Assembly (NCBI GenBank): GCA_035500505.1
Contig: DATJXE010000004.1
Span: forward strand, 50,230 to 114,229
Direction: 5' to 3'
Length of the DNA: 64,000 bases
Source: Minisyncoccota bacterium
GTDB taxonomy: Bacteria > Patescibacteriota > Minisyncoccia > Phycocordibacterales > UBA2100
Below the pieces are notes generated by a model, which worked only from the letters and a program-made list of their open reading frames with translations, did not search any database and was not told the DNA's origin. A program made the translations under genes and the position numbers. Below are positions 36,537-45,595 of the stretch, in pieces (the stretch's first letter is position 1; every line of letters starts with the position of its first letter).

Positions 36537-39500
36537 TCAATGATCGTTGCCGCCGTAGCCATTGTTCCCGAAATTCCCGAAGCCGTTGTTGCCGTGGCCG
36601 TTGTCGTCCCAGTCGTTGTCGCCATCAGAACCCTTGCCTTTCTTGGGGTGTTGGGTGTTGCCAAAATTCTCATTTTTGGCGTTCGTGCCGGATTGAACTT
36701 TGATGGAACCCGGGTGCTGTGTCTGGGTCCAGCCTGTCTGCGACACCTCGGTAAGCGTGTACGTTCCGGCCGCAAGCCCGGTGAAGGAGAAGCTGCCGTC
36801 GGAACCGGTCGTTGTCGTTTGCGTCTGACCGTGCGGGCCGTGGAGAACGATTGTCCAACCCTCAAGTCCGGTCTCGCCGTTATCTTTCCTGCCGTTGCCG
36901 TTGGCGTCGTTGTACTTCATACCCGAGATGGTGCCGGGCTTGAAGTTACCGAAGTCTTTCTTCTTGGCATTCTGTCCCGCGCTCAAGGTGACCGTGTAGC
37001 AGCCGCCGCCGGTCTTCGGATACGTTTGCGTCCAGCCGCTCGGTACGACTTCGCAGACGTGGTACGTCCCTGCGACAAGTCCGGTGAAGTCATAGAAGCC
37101 TTGCTTGTTGGTCGTCAGCGACGTCTCACCGTTGTCGAGCTGGCCGTTATTATTGGCATCGAGGAAGATGGTTACGCCGGAGAGTTTGTGGTGATCGCCA
37201 TCCTTGAGCGTCCCGTCGCCGTCGCGGTCTTCATACTTCGTGCCGCGGATGGAGCCCAGGAGCTTATTGCTGGTGTTGGTGATGATGCAATTGATGTTGT
37301 CCCCTGCGGCGACAGGCAGTGCGGTGCAGCTGTTGTCCGTCTCGGTCCAGCCCTTGGGAAGGTTCACCTCGGTGACGTTGTAGATGCCCGGCGCAACATC
37401 GTCGAAGGTCACGCTGCCCGAGTGGTTAGTCGTCGTGATGCTGAAGCTCGGGTGGTTGGGAATATCACTGGTGAAGTTGTACGTCCCGCTTCCATTCCCG
37501 CCGTTCGTTTCTTTGGTGATAGTGAGGGTTGCGGTCGTCGGACAGAAATCATTCCACACGATGACGTACTGATCGGTGGTTATCTGCGAGAACTGGATGG
37601 GCGTCGTGGTCGTAGCTGCCGTTGCGGCATCGTCGAAGCTCATCGGGCTCGTGCTGTACCCGTCGAAGTAGTATTTGCCCGGCGAACAGGATTCTATAGA
37701 CGGCACGACCTGGCTTGAGGGGTCAATGTCACTCGTGATCTCTGATGTTACGTAATCTGCGGGCGCTTGCATCGGCGCGGTGTCCGCGAAGTAGCCGGTC
37801 GCCCCGCCCCATCCGGTACCCAATGTGTACGGTCCGCTCGTTTGCGCGCCACCGTTGAGGTTGGCGGTTTGCCATGTGGCCGTCATGGGGAAGATGTAAT
37901 TGCTGGCGCTTTCGGCTGTGGCAGGCTTTCCGTCGAGGTACTTTTCAATATGGACTTTGAGCGTCGCGGGTGGGGTAACAGTACAGCTCTTGTTCCACAC
38001 GATGATGTACTGATTGCCATTGATCGTTACGGTCGGCGGCGTCGAGGACTGAGAAGCGTTTTCTGCGTCTTGCAAGGTACTGCCTGTCGAGTACCCGACG
38101 AGGACGTACGGATGTACGCCGTCGCACTCTGGCCCAGGGCCTACCAAGCTCGTCGTCGTGTCCTCATTTGCGGTGTAGGTCGAATTTGCAGGAATAACGT
38201 TGGTTGATGCTTCGTAATCGACATCCGGCGTGGCGGGATTCCATCCGCCGGGCCCGAGCGTGAATGGAGCGTTATACGTGGCGGTGAACATCGGGAACGA
38301 GACACTGCCGACGCTGGCTGTAGTCGCTTGGACGCCGTCCACGAACTTGAAGATGTGCACTGCACCGTCTTGTGGCGGAGGAGGCGCGAAACAATACTGC
38401 CCCTGCGCGCTGTAGAGGAGTCCCGTCGGATTGACGGAGCCGGGGTAGGAAGAGTTCCTGACGACGAACGAGAGCGTGTTGGTTTGCCCGGCGACAGGTG
38501 TGAACGTCGCGCTGTAGGTATTGCCGAAGACCGACGGCAAAGAACCCGGCGTTGCCGCATAAGTATCGAGGTCGGGATTGGTGTCGCCTATCCATACGCC
38601 GTTGAAGTACACGCTCACAGCATTGTCCGCAGTGTAGTAGATGGTTATGGGGCTAACGGTCGCGCCAGCAGGGACATTGAAGTCTTTCTGGAAGAGCCTC
38701 CATTGATCTTCGGTGCCGGCTCCTTCACCTCCCGAATCTCCCGGGGACGCAGCGATATCAGATATCCATGCTGCGCCCGAACCCGCAAATGAACCACTTG
38801 AAGGGTCAGTCCACGGCCCAGGAACGAGCGTGAAGCCAGTGGGGCTGAGGTTCGCGAGCATCGAGGTCACGAAGTTGCCAGTGTCGGTGTAATTCAAGGG
38901 ATTGAGGCCCGATGCATCATTCGTGACGGCTACCCCACCTTTTACATTGGTTCCGTTGGTCCAACCACCAGTAAAGGTCGAGGTGTCGCTCACAAGATTG
39001 ATTGGGGTGCATTCTGACGGCGAGCTCGCAGGGATCGGGCCCGAAGCGAGCGTCAAATTGTCGATCAGGAATCCTTTGTCTAAGTTGGCTGGAACCGCAG
39101 CTCCTCCGGCACGGAAAAGCATCGTGCGCACGGCGCGGCTGTGATCATTCGAGAATCCGGGGTTGGATTCCGAATCGTAGAGATAGTAGTCTTCCCAGCT
39201 CGTGCCGGTCGCCATCAGATGGTCATCGATGTATATATTCACGACATCGTTATCAGGACCGTCGTAGAAATCCATCGAGAACTTGACCGTGTGCGGCACG
39301 CCCGAACTTAGAAGTGCAATTTGAGACTCGTTGAAAGTATCTTCGTTATTAGAATGGGTCGGGTCGGTCACGTCATCGAAGTACACGTGGATACCGTCGG
39401 CTTCGCTGTCGAAACGCAAATAGCTCATACGCGCACCATCGCCGCGATCGGGCGAAACTGACATGACGTCACCGATGCTGTCAGGAATCGCATATATGTC

Positions 39501-39881
39501 GAACTGAGATTCGAAGTGGGCCTGGAGCGGTCCGCTTGGGAAACCGCCCAAATCGGCGTTGCTCTCCCCTGCCGCATTAGTTAGCGGCGGGGCAAACGTC
39601 TGGTCACCAAAACTGCCGCTGGTTACTGCGTTGGATATGCGAAGGCTTTGGGTCGCAAAACTCGCGGGGGCACCAGAGATCGTTGAATTATCGGAAACCG
39701 CGACATCATAAGCGCCCGTCATCGACCAACCATTTTGGCCGTTTATATTGCCAACGGTGTAAGTAGGAGCGGAAGGCTCAAAAGTAATAGGGCCAATCGT
39801 GTCTGCGGACGCTAGCGCCGGAAGAATAAGGAGCGCCGAGGAGATGATGGCTGAGGCGATAAGATATTTATTCGTTTTCAT
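36537..39881 (-). CDS. large secreted surface protein with C-terminal SdrD-B/Cna-B-type repeats and Gly/Asn-rich tail
   Basis: 1,114 aa with a signal peptide. Two C-terminal ~110-aa repeats (G.KY.D.DGDG..D.GE.GL.GVTI.L....G......TTT...G.Y.F..L..GTY) are present. The protein ends with GNNGFGNFGNNGYGGNDH. Confidence 0.65.
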   Translation of the reverse strand: MKTNKYLIASAIISSALLILPALASADTIGPITFEPSAPTYTVGNINGQNGWSMTGAYDVAVSDNSTISGAPASFATQSLRISNAVTSGSFGDQTFAPPLTNAAGESNADLGGFPSGPLQAHFESQFDIYAIPDSIGDVMSVSPDRGDGARMSYLRFDSEADGIHVYFDDVTDPTHSNNEDTFNESQIALLSSGVPHTVKFSMDFYDGPDNDVVNIYIDDHLMATGTSWEDYYLYDSESNPGFSNDHSRAVRTMLFRAGGAAVPANLDKGFLIDNLTLASGPIPASSPSECTPINLVSDTSTFTGGWTNGTNVKGGVAVTNDASGLNPLNYTDTGNFVTSMLANLSPTGFTLVPGPWTDPSSGSFAGSGAAWISDIAASPGDSGGEGAGTEDQWRLFQKDFNVPAGATVSPITIYYTADNAVSVYFNGVWIGDTNPDLDTYAATPGSLPSVFGNTYSATFTPVAGQTNTLSFVVRNSSYPGSVNPTGLLYSAQGQYCFAPPPPQDGAVHIFKFVDGVQATTASVGSVSFPMFTATYNAPFTLGPGGWNPATPDVDYEASTNVIPANSTYTANEDTTTSLVGPGPECDGVHPYVLVGYSTGSTLQDAENASQSSTPPTVTINGNQYIIVWNKSCTVTPPATLKVHIEKYLDGKPATAESASNYIFPMTATWQTANLNGGAQTSGPYTLGTGWGGATGYFADTAPMQAPADYVTSEITSDIDPSSQVVPSIESCSPGKYYFDGYSTSPMSFDDAATAATTTTPIQFSQITTDQYVIVWNDFCPTTATLTITKETNGGNGSGTYNFTSDIPNHPSFSITTTNHSGSVTFDDVAPGIYNVTEVNLPKGWTETDNSCTALPVAAGDNINCIITNTSNKLLGSIRGTKYEDRDGDGTLKDGDHHKLSGVTIFLDANNNGQLDNGETSLTTNKQGFYDFTGLVAGTYHVCEVVPSGWTQTYPKTGGGCYTVTLSAGQNAKKKDFGNFKPGTISGMKYNDANGNGRKDNGETGLEGWTIVLHGPHGQTQTTTTGSDGSFSFTGLAAGTYTLTEVSQTGWTQTQHPGSIKVQSGTNAKNENFGNTQHPKKGKGSDGDNDWDDNGHGNNGFGNFGNNGYGGNDH

Positions 39882-40087
39882 AGATAAATGAAAAAAATTT
39901 ATAAAATTGCTGGATAAAAATTGCCAAGAAATTAAGGCAATCCTCTATTGCGCCTGAGGCTATCATGAAATCGCACGGCAAAAAGATTCGCCACCTACGT
40001 CAATAGGTGGGTAACTCGTCTGAAAAGCCCGTGGATTACCGGTGCGTAACCCTGTGCACAAGTCTTCCCCCAACGTAAGGGTCTTCC

Positions 40088-40116
40088 CCTGCGTCAAGGC
40101 GACGCCTTGACGCAGG
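40088..40116. repeat. REP-like palindrome upstream of the RAYT gene
   Basis: CCTGCGTCAAGGCG-A-CGCCTTGACGCAGG is a perfect 14-nt inverted repeat. Confidence 0.6.
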
Positions 40117-40151
40117 GGGCTTCCAAAAAAGCCTTCGTATAAAATCAATCC

Positions 40152-40823
40152 ATGAATCGGGGTCACTTTGCCGTCGGCGAGTGGTATCACTGCTATTCGC
40201 GCGGGATCGAAAAAAGGAAAACATTCGTAAGCAAACGGGACTACGAACGGTTTATCCAACTATTGTATCTTTGTAACTCCCCTCGACCGATCCATCGAAG
40301 TAACTTGAGAAATCCGTCCTTGGGTGAAGTCTTGAATATTCCACGGCAAGAAACTCTGGTGTCTTTGGGTGCATTTTGCCTAATGCCCAATCACTTTCAT
40401 TTGTTAGTCAAAGAAAAACGGGAACAGGGAATCTCGCGTTTCATGCAAAAACTTGGAACGGCGTACACAATGTACTTTAATATCAAAGAAACGAGGGTCG
40501 GCGGACTTTTCACCAAACCGTTCCGTTCGCGCCTCGTGGGCGACGATAGATATTTTCAGTACGCACTACAATATATCCACTGCAATCCGGCCGAATTGTA
40601 CGAAGCCGGTTGGAAAGAGGGCGTTGTCAAAAATATGAAGGAGTTGGAACAACTGTTGGTGGAATACCCCTACGGGAGTTTCGGCGTTTACCAAAGTGCG
40701 AATCATCGTTTGCGCCCGCTCCTTGCGGACGAGGTTTTCGAGATCCAATCTCAAGCAACTCCTGCTCGAATGTTGAGAGAGGCCCGACTCTATTATGCAG
40801 AACGCGTCAAGGCGTCGCCTTGA
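40152..40823 (+). CDS. REP-associated tyrosine transposase (RAYT; IS200/IS605 TnpA-like HuH enzyme)
   Basis: 223 aa. N-terminus MNRGHFAVGEWYHCYSRG, the HuH motif PNHFHLL and a catalytic Tyr region (RYFQYALQYIHCNP). Domain order and length are as in RAYT/COG1943. Confidence 0.8.
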   Translation: MNRGHFAVGEWYHCYSRGIEKRKTFVSKRDYERFIQLLYLCNSPRPIHRSNLRNPSLGEVLNIPRQETLVSLGAFCLMPNHFHLLVKEKREQGISRFMQKLGTAYTMYFNIKETRVGGLFTKPFRSRLVGDDRYFQYALQYIHCNPAELYEAGWKEGVVKNMKELEQLLVEYPYGSFGVYQSANHRLRPLLADEVFEIQSQATPARMLREARLYYAERVKASP

Positions 40824-40828
40824 CGCGT
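40802..40828. repeat. REP-like palindrome overlapping the RAYT 3' end
   Basis: ACGCGTCAAGGCG-T-CGCCTTGACGCGT has the same GCGTCAAGGCG core as the upstream REP. It encodes the RAYT C-terminus ..RVKASP*. Confidence 0.6.
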
Positions 40829-40829
40829 G

Positions 40830-42620
40830 TCAGCCGAACGTGAACGTGTAGGCTTGAAGCCCCGGTTGCGAGATGACGAACTCGAGGAAGTGTTCGCCGT
40901 AATCCTTGCCGGCGACGATGTCATAAAGACGGTTCTCATTGACGTCTACGTAGCTCATCCCGTCTTTGAAATACACGTCCTTCCCCGCCACCGACGCGTC
41001 GAGCGGCTTGCTGTCGAGCAAGACTTCGACGGGAATGGCTTTGCCTGTCGCAGAACCAGCGACGAAATAAACATTCTTTGAGTCATATTTGTAGTCAACG
41101 CGGTCGGAGCCAACGGAACCGCCGACGTCGCTTCCCGTTTGGGCGTACTGGTCCTCGATATCCCACTGCCCTACCAGATAGAGCGTGTTGAGGTCCACCT
41201 GTTGCGGCTCGTCAAAATTTTGCACGCCGCTTATGCCCGGCTGCCCATTGCCCAGATACTCGTTGCGCTCCGAACCGAAGTAGGTCTCCGGCGATTGCAC
41301 GCCGTTGAAGTTTATCGGGATCATGTTGCTCGGCGTCGTCGAAGTTGCGTTGAAATCCGGCGTTGGAAGGCCGAGACGCGCGGCGCGTTCGATGAGCGCC
41401 TTTTGGATGGCGGCCTCGGCGCCGTCGTAGTCGCCTTCGCCCGCATGGTTGTAGACGATGTAGCCGTCGATATCCACGAGGAAATCGTTGGGCCAGTATT
41501 CGTTGCTGAACGCGTTCCACGTGCCGTACTCATTGTCGAGAACGACCAAGTACGTGATGCCGAATTGTTTCACTGCATTCGCGACATTGTCGTACACATG
41601 TTCGAACGCGAATTCGGGAGTAGAAACACCGATGATGACGAACCCGTACGGCGCGTATTTCTTGTACCACGCCTCGAGGTACGGGATGGTGCGCTGGCAG
41701 TTAATGCAGGAGTACGTCCAGAAATCCACCAGAACGACGTCGTTGCCCTTGTACTGCCCTATCGTTATCGGCTTGCCGTTGGTGTTGATGTAGCCGTCTA
41801 TCGAAGCGAGTTCGGGAGATTTCTTGTACACCATCGCCTTTTCGCTCGGCGAGAGAAGGGCTGTCGAGGTCGACGTGGTCGTGACACTCGATGAGGTGCT
41901 GTTTTGCGCGCCGAGGAGTTGCTCCTCGACGCCGCCAAGGTCGAAACCGTGGTTCAAGAGCCACGCTTCCGCGCTCGCCTCAGCGCCTGTGGCGACCAAA
42001 AGTCCTATGAGGATAAAAAGGATGCCGATGCCGCGGCGGAACCAGCCGGTCGGGTTTATCGTCACACCGAGCCTGTCTACCAATTTCTGTCCCGCGAGCG
42101 CGATGATGAAGAGAAAACCGGAAAGCCCCACCGCGTAGGCGAGGAGGTCGAGGAAGCCGGCAGCGAAGCTCTGAGGCAAGACCGTCGCGAGGATGACGAA
42201 GTACGTTGGCGAGCAGCTCGAGAAGACCGGGCCGAGCGCCGCGCCCATGATCATGTCGCCCACGCGAGAGTTACGCTGGTACCCTTCCGCAAGGAGCTTG
42301 TTGGAGCTGCGGTTCATCAGGTTGACGAAGCCCAGACGGTCCCACAGCGACGGAAAGACCATCACGAGCCCGAAGAGGACGAGGATGATACCCGAGAACC
42401 ATTCCCAAAAGGTCTGCGGGATATTGATGAATATCGTAGAAGCTTTCAGGAGCAACGTGAAGACGATGACCGAAACGCCGAGCGAAAAACATATCGTGTA
42501 AGCGCGCCACCTGCCGCCTTGCGCCAAGGAGCCGCCGACGATGACCGGCAAAAGCGGCAGGACGCACGGCGCTAAGACCGTAAGTACCCCGGCGATGAAT
42601 GAGATGAGAAAGAGGAGCAT
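40830..42620 (-). CDS. DsbD/CcdA-family transmembrane thiol:disulfide transporter fused to thioredoxin-like (TlpA/redoxin) and C-terminal extracytoplasmic domain
   Basis: An N-terminal CcdA-like 6-TM core (LAPCVLPLLP) is followed by a redoxin domain with WTYSCINCQRT (CxxC). A ~200-aa Gly/Asp-rich beta domain follows. Confidence 0.75.
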   Translation of the reverse strand: MLLFLISFIAGVLTVLAPCVLPLLPVIVGGSLAQGGRWRAYTICFSLGVSVIVFTLLLKASTIFINIPQTFWEWFSGIILVLFGLVMVFPSLWDRLGFVNLMNRSSNKLLAEGYQRNSRVGDMIMGAALGPVFSSCSPTYFVILATVLPQSFAAGFLDLLAYAVGLSGFLFIIALAGQKLVDRLGVTINPTGWFRRGIGILFILIGLLVATGAEASAEAWLLNHGFDLGGVEEQLLGAQNSTSSSVTTTSTSTALLSPSEKAMVYKKSPELASIDGYINTNGKPITIGQYKGNDVVLVDFWTYSCINCQRTIPYLEAWYKKYAPYGFVIIGVSTPEFAFEHVYDNVANAVKQFGITYLVVLDNEYGTWNAFSNEYWPNDFLVDIDGYIVYNHAGEGDYDGAEAAIQKALIERAARLGLPTPDFNATSTTPSNMIPINFNGVQSPETYFGSERNEYLGNGQPGISGVQNFDEPQQVDLNTLYLVGQWDIEDQYAQTGSDVGGSVGSDRVDYKYDSKNVYFVAGSATGKAIPVEVLLDSKPLDASVAGKDVYFKDGMSYVDVNENRLYDIVAGKDYGEHFLEFVISQPGLQAYTFTFG

Positions 42621-42890
42621 TTAGTGCATCATGACTCCCTCCGAAGTCGAAGCCGAGACGTCCATCATGTCATGCGACGAAGTTCCCATCATGTCGTGCG
42701 AGGAAGTTCCCATCATTTCGTCGGACGACGTTCCCATCATGTGATCCGACGAGGACGCCATCATGTCGCCGCTTTGCTCGTGCATCATTGCGTCGTTCGA
42801 AGAATAATTCTCATTGTGCTGGATAAGGAGGTACCCGCCGCCGATAACAACTATCGCTGCGACGATCCATCCGATAAGTGTCGTTGTCAT
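42621..42890 (-). CDS. small membrane-anchored Met/His-rich tandem-repeat protein (candidate metal, e.g. Cu, binding)
   Basis: 89 aa. A TM helix is followed by four tandem ~8-aa repeats (S)SDHMMGTS / SHDMMGTS, encoded by ~24-nt DNA repeats. Its stop abuts the DsbD-like gene start. Confidence 0.5.
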   Translation of the reverse strand: MTTTLIGWIVAAIVVIGGGYLLIQHNENYSSNDAMMHEQSGDMMASSSDHMMGTSSDEMMGTSSHDMMGTSSHDMMDVSASTSEGVMMH

Positions 42891-42975
42891 ACGTATATGA
42901 TTGAAATGCTAATGCATCGAGTGTAGTGCGGCGCCTGGCGATGTCAAGCTCACTTTACATTGGACAATGTGGATA

Positions 42976-43341
42976 TCAGCGATACAAGGAACTCCAGAGT
43001 CGCGCACCTACCTTGGCGAGCACCATGACCATGAGCGCGAATACGAGCCACGGATCGGGCTCGCCGTGAGACCCTTCGAAGAGTATCGCGATGATGAGCG
43101 CGACGCCCCCCGCGAGGAACGCGGCGCGGCCAGCGAGCATCTTATGGGCTTCCTCGCGCTCGTCCCCTTGCCCTTCGGCGAGCACGAATACCGCGAGCGC
43201 GCCGAAGACGGCTACGGCAGCGGCGAGCATTGCGACGTGCGCCATGCTCGGCATCCACAGATGGAACGGGTTGATGAGAAACGCGCCGATGACGACGAGC
43301 GCAAGCGCGGCGATGAATTGTAAGAACATGCTACGAGTCAT
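42976..43341 (-). CDS. multi-pass membrane protein (DUF2975-like partner of XRE regulator)
   Basis: Start MTRSMFLQFIAALALVV with 3-4 TM helices. It overlaps the 3' end of the XRE gene by 11 nt. Confidence 0.45.
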   Translation of the reverse strand: MTRSMFLQFIAALALVVIGAFLINPFHLWMPSMAHVAMLAAAVAVFGALAVFVLAEGQGDEREEAHKMLAGRAAFLAGGVALIIAILFEGSHGEPDPWLVFALMVMVLAKVGARLWSSLYR

Positions 43342-43543
43342 ACCGTATTGAAAATATATCTTCGACCGGTCGCTTGAATAAGCGCGCGAGCTTGAGCGCA
43401 AGCGCGACCGAGGGGGTGTAGTTGCCTTTTTCCATGGCGATGATGGTCTGCCTGCTCACGCCCACTTTGTGAGCGAGTTCTTCCTGGGTCGCTTTGGAGC
43501 GCTCTCGCAAGCGCTGTACCTGATTCTCGACATATTCGCGCAT
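43331..43543 (-). CDS. XRE-family HTH transcriptional regulator
   Basis: 70 aa with the Cro/C1-type HTH QEELAHKVGVSRQTIIAMEKG. Confidence 0.75.
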   Translation of the reverse strand: MREYVENQVQRLRERSKATQEELAHKVGVSRQTIIAMEKGNYTPSVALALKLARLFKRPVEDIFSIRYDS

Positions 43544-43592
43544 GTGGGGCCATCATACGGAGCGACGCGCCGGGGTCAAGTTGATTTTACAT

Positions 43593-44297
43593 TTACCTGA
43601 AGAATTCGCGGCGGATGCGCATGACATCGTGATGGAAGTTCTCGCTCTCGCGCCTCGGATACGGAAGGTCTACGGGAAAGATGGCGTCCACGGTGCCGTC
43701 GCGCATGAGGATGACACGGTCCGCGAGTGAGACCGCCTCTTCGATGAGGTGCGAGACCATGACTATCGTTTTCTTCGTTTCGCGCCAGATGGCGATGAGG
43801 TCGTCGTGCAGCTCCGCGGTCGTCTTGGGATCGAGCGCGGAAAAGGGTTCATCGAGCAAAAGCACCTGCGGATCGACGGCGAGAGCACGGGCGATGCCAA
43901 CACGTTGCCGCTGCCCGCCGGAGAGGTCGGCGGGATATTTCGCCTGATAGGCATGCATGTTCATCGCGCGCAATTCCTTTTCGACGACACGCGAGACCTC
44001 GCTTTCGTTCGCCCCTTTTTGCCGCAACCCGAGCGCCGCGTTCTCAAAGACAGTGAGCCAGGGAAAGAGTGCGCCCTGCTGGAACGCCATTGCGATATGT
44101 TCCGGCTTCGTTATGGCCCCCTCCGTCGGCCGCTCCAGCCCGGCGATGAGCTTCAACATGGTCGTTTTGCCGCAGCCGGAGGCACCAACAAGGCAGATGA
44201 ACTCCCCTTCCGCAACGGAGAACGTCACGTTACGCAACGCGGGACGCGTCTCTTCGGGATAGATCATCCCCACGTTCTTGAATTCGATGACGGGCAT
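43593..44297 (-). CDS. ABC transporter ATP-binding protein (NitT/TauT nitrate/sulfonate/bicarbonate-type)
   Basis: Walker A GASGCGKTT, signature LSGGQRQRVGIARAL, Walker B LLLDEPFSALD. Confidence 0.85.
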   Translation of the reverse strand: MPVIEFKNVGMIYPEETRPALRNVTFSVAEGEFICLVGASGCGKTTMLKLIAGLERPTEGAITKPEHIAMAFQQGALFPWLTVFENAALGLRQKGANESEVSRVVEKELRAMNMHAYQAKYPADLSGGQRQRVGIARALAVDPQVLLLDEPFSALDPKTTAELHDDLIAIWRETKKTIVMVSHLIEEAVSLADRVILMRDGTVDAIFPVDLPYPRRESENFHHDVMRIRREFFR

Positions 44298-44303
44298 ATC
44301 GTA

Positions 44304-45119
44304 TCACTCGAAGCGGAAACGCTGCGCGTAGTGCAGAAGCCTTTGCCAGACGAAGAAGTTGAGGAGCGCGATGAGAACGACCATCACGAAGACGCACGCG
44401 AGGAATACTCCGTTCTGCGCGTTAGCCGCGGCAGAAACGAGAATAGACCCGACGCCGAAAAGGTCCTGCGCCGAGGTTCCGCCCGGAATGTACGTGTGCA
44501 GCACTTCCGCGACGATGATGAGGTTCCATCCCTGCGCGACCGCGAGGATGGAGCCTGTCACGAGCTGCGGAAAAATAGCGGGGAGCACGAGGCGGCGAAT
44601 GAACTCGAATCCCTTCAACCCGAAAATGTGCGCCGCGTCGATGATGTCGCGCGGGATTATCTTGAGACCGCCGACGACGGTGAAGACGATGTTCCAGAGC
44701 ATCGAGAGGAAGAGAATGAAGACGGCCGCTCCGTTCAAATTCCCGAAGCGGATGAAAAGCATGATGACGACCGGGAAGAGCGCGAGGATGGGCACAGATT
44801 CGAGCACGTCGAACGCCGGCAAGAGTATCGCCTCAACGAACCGATTGGACGTGACGAGGAGCGCGAGCGGAATGGCGACGACGACCGCGAAAACATACGC
44901 AATGGTGAGCCGCACGCAGGTGTCGAATGCGGCGAGAAGTATCGTGTCGAATGAGACCGCTTGTCCCGTCGGAATGAGGATGGGATAGAAGTAGAACGCG
45001 AGCCCCATGAGCCCGACAACGACCAACGGCCCGAGCACGATGGCGTAGAAACGCTGCCATAGCGTGACGGGGTAGCTGATCATTATGTGATGTGCGTGTC
45101 CGCGAGTCGTGTGCTTCAT
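44304..45119 (-). CDS. ABC transporter permease (BPD_transp_1, SsuC/TauC-like)
   Basis: 271 aa, 6 TM helices. It contains the EAA-like loop region and is adjacent and co-oriented with the ATPase. No binding-protein gene is adjacent. Confidence 0.8.
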   Translation of the reverse strand: MKHTTRGHAHHIMISYPVTLWQRFYAIVLGPLVVVGLMGLAFYFYPILIPTGQAVSFDTILLAAFDTCVRLTIAYVFAVVVAIPLALLVTSNRFVEAILLPAFDVLESVPILALFPVVIMLFIRFGNLNGAAVFILFLSMLWNIVFTVVGGLKIIPRDIIDAAHIFGLKGFEFIRRLVLPAIFPQLVTGSILAVAQGWNLIIVAEVLHTYIPGGTSAQDLFGVGSILVSAAANAQNGVFLACVFVMVVLIALLNFFVWQRLLHYAQRFRFE

Positions 45120-45214
45120 TTCCTCTATTGTAGGACGTATTCGAACCGGTGTTTGCGTTATGCATGTAATTACTGCATAATTTTAGTGGTTGGAATTCCT
45201 CCGGCCAGGGAGTT

Positions 45215-45523
45215 GTGGCGATGACGATCCATGCAGATCTAAACCCTAAGGCGAGAGGCTACATGCCGCGTCCGTTGACGAAAACCGAAGAGGAGATCGA
45301 GGCCCTGTGGCTGCACAGTCGGCAAAAGGTTAGGGCCCTCGTCGAGACCTGGGTGGAAGAGCTTGTCGTAAAGATCGGCCAAACATCCTCGCAAAAGGTC
45401 GACGACTATGTCAGGTTCGCGCATGAAACTGTTGATGATTGCTACAAACGCGAGATCTCACCGTTCGCAGCCGTCGACGAGATCCGACAGTGTTTGATCG
45501 ATTTGGGCCTGTGCCCGGCATAA
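45215..45523 (+). CDS. hypothetical protein (102 aa)
   Basis: ATG follows a GGGAG RBS-like element. No recognizable motif. Confidence 0.35.
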   Translation: MAMTIHADLNPKARGYMPRPLTKTEEEIEALWLHSRQKVRALVETWVEELVVKIGQTSSQKVDDYVRFAHETVDDCYKREISPFAAVDEIRQCLIDLGLCPA

Positions 45524-45595
45524 GAACATTTTTTGAAGAGCAGCGGAGGCCGCCACACAAGGCGGCCTTCTTGTTTTTCAAGATATAATCAAGAC

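Noticed and set aside
45150-45200. Inverted repeat TTATGCA-N9-TGCATAA in the permease / hypothetical divergent promoter region
   Set aside because: It is a plausible operator, but a single short palindrome without a cognate regulator nearby. That is too weak to call.
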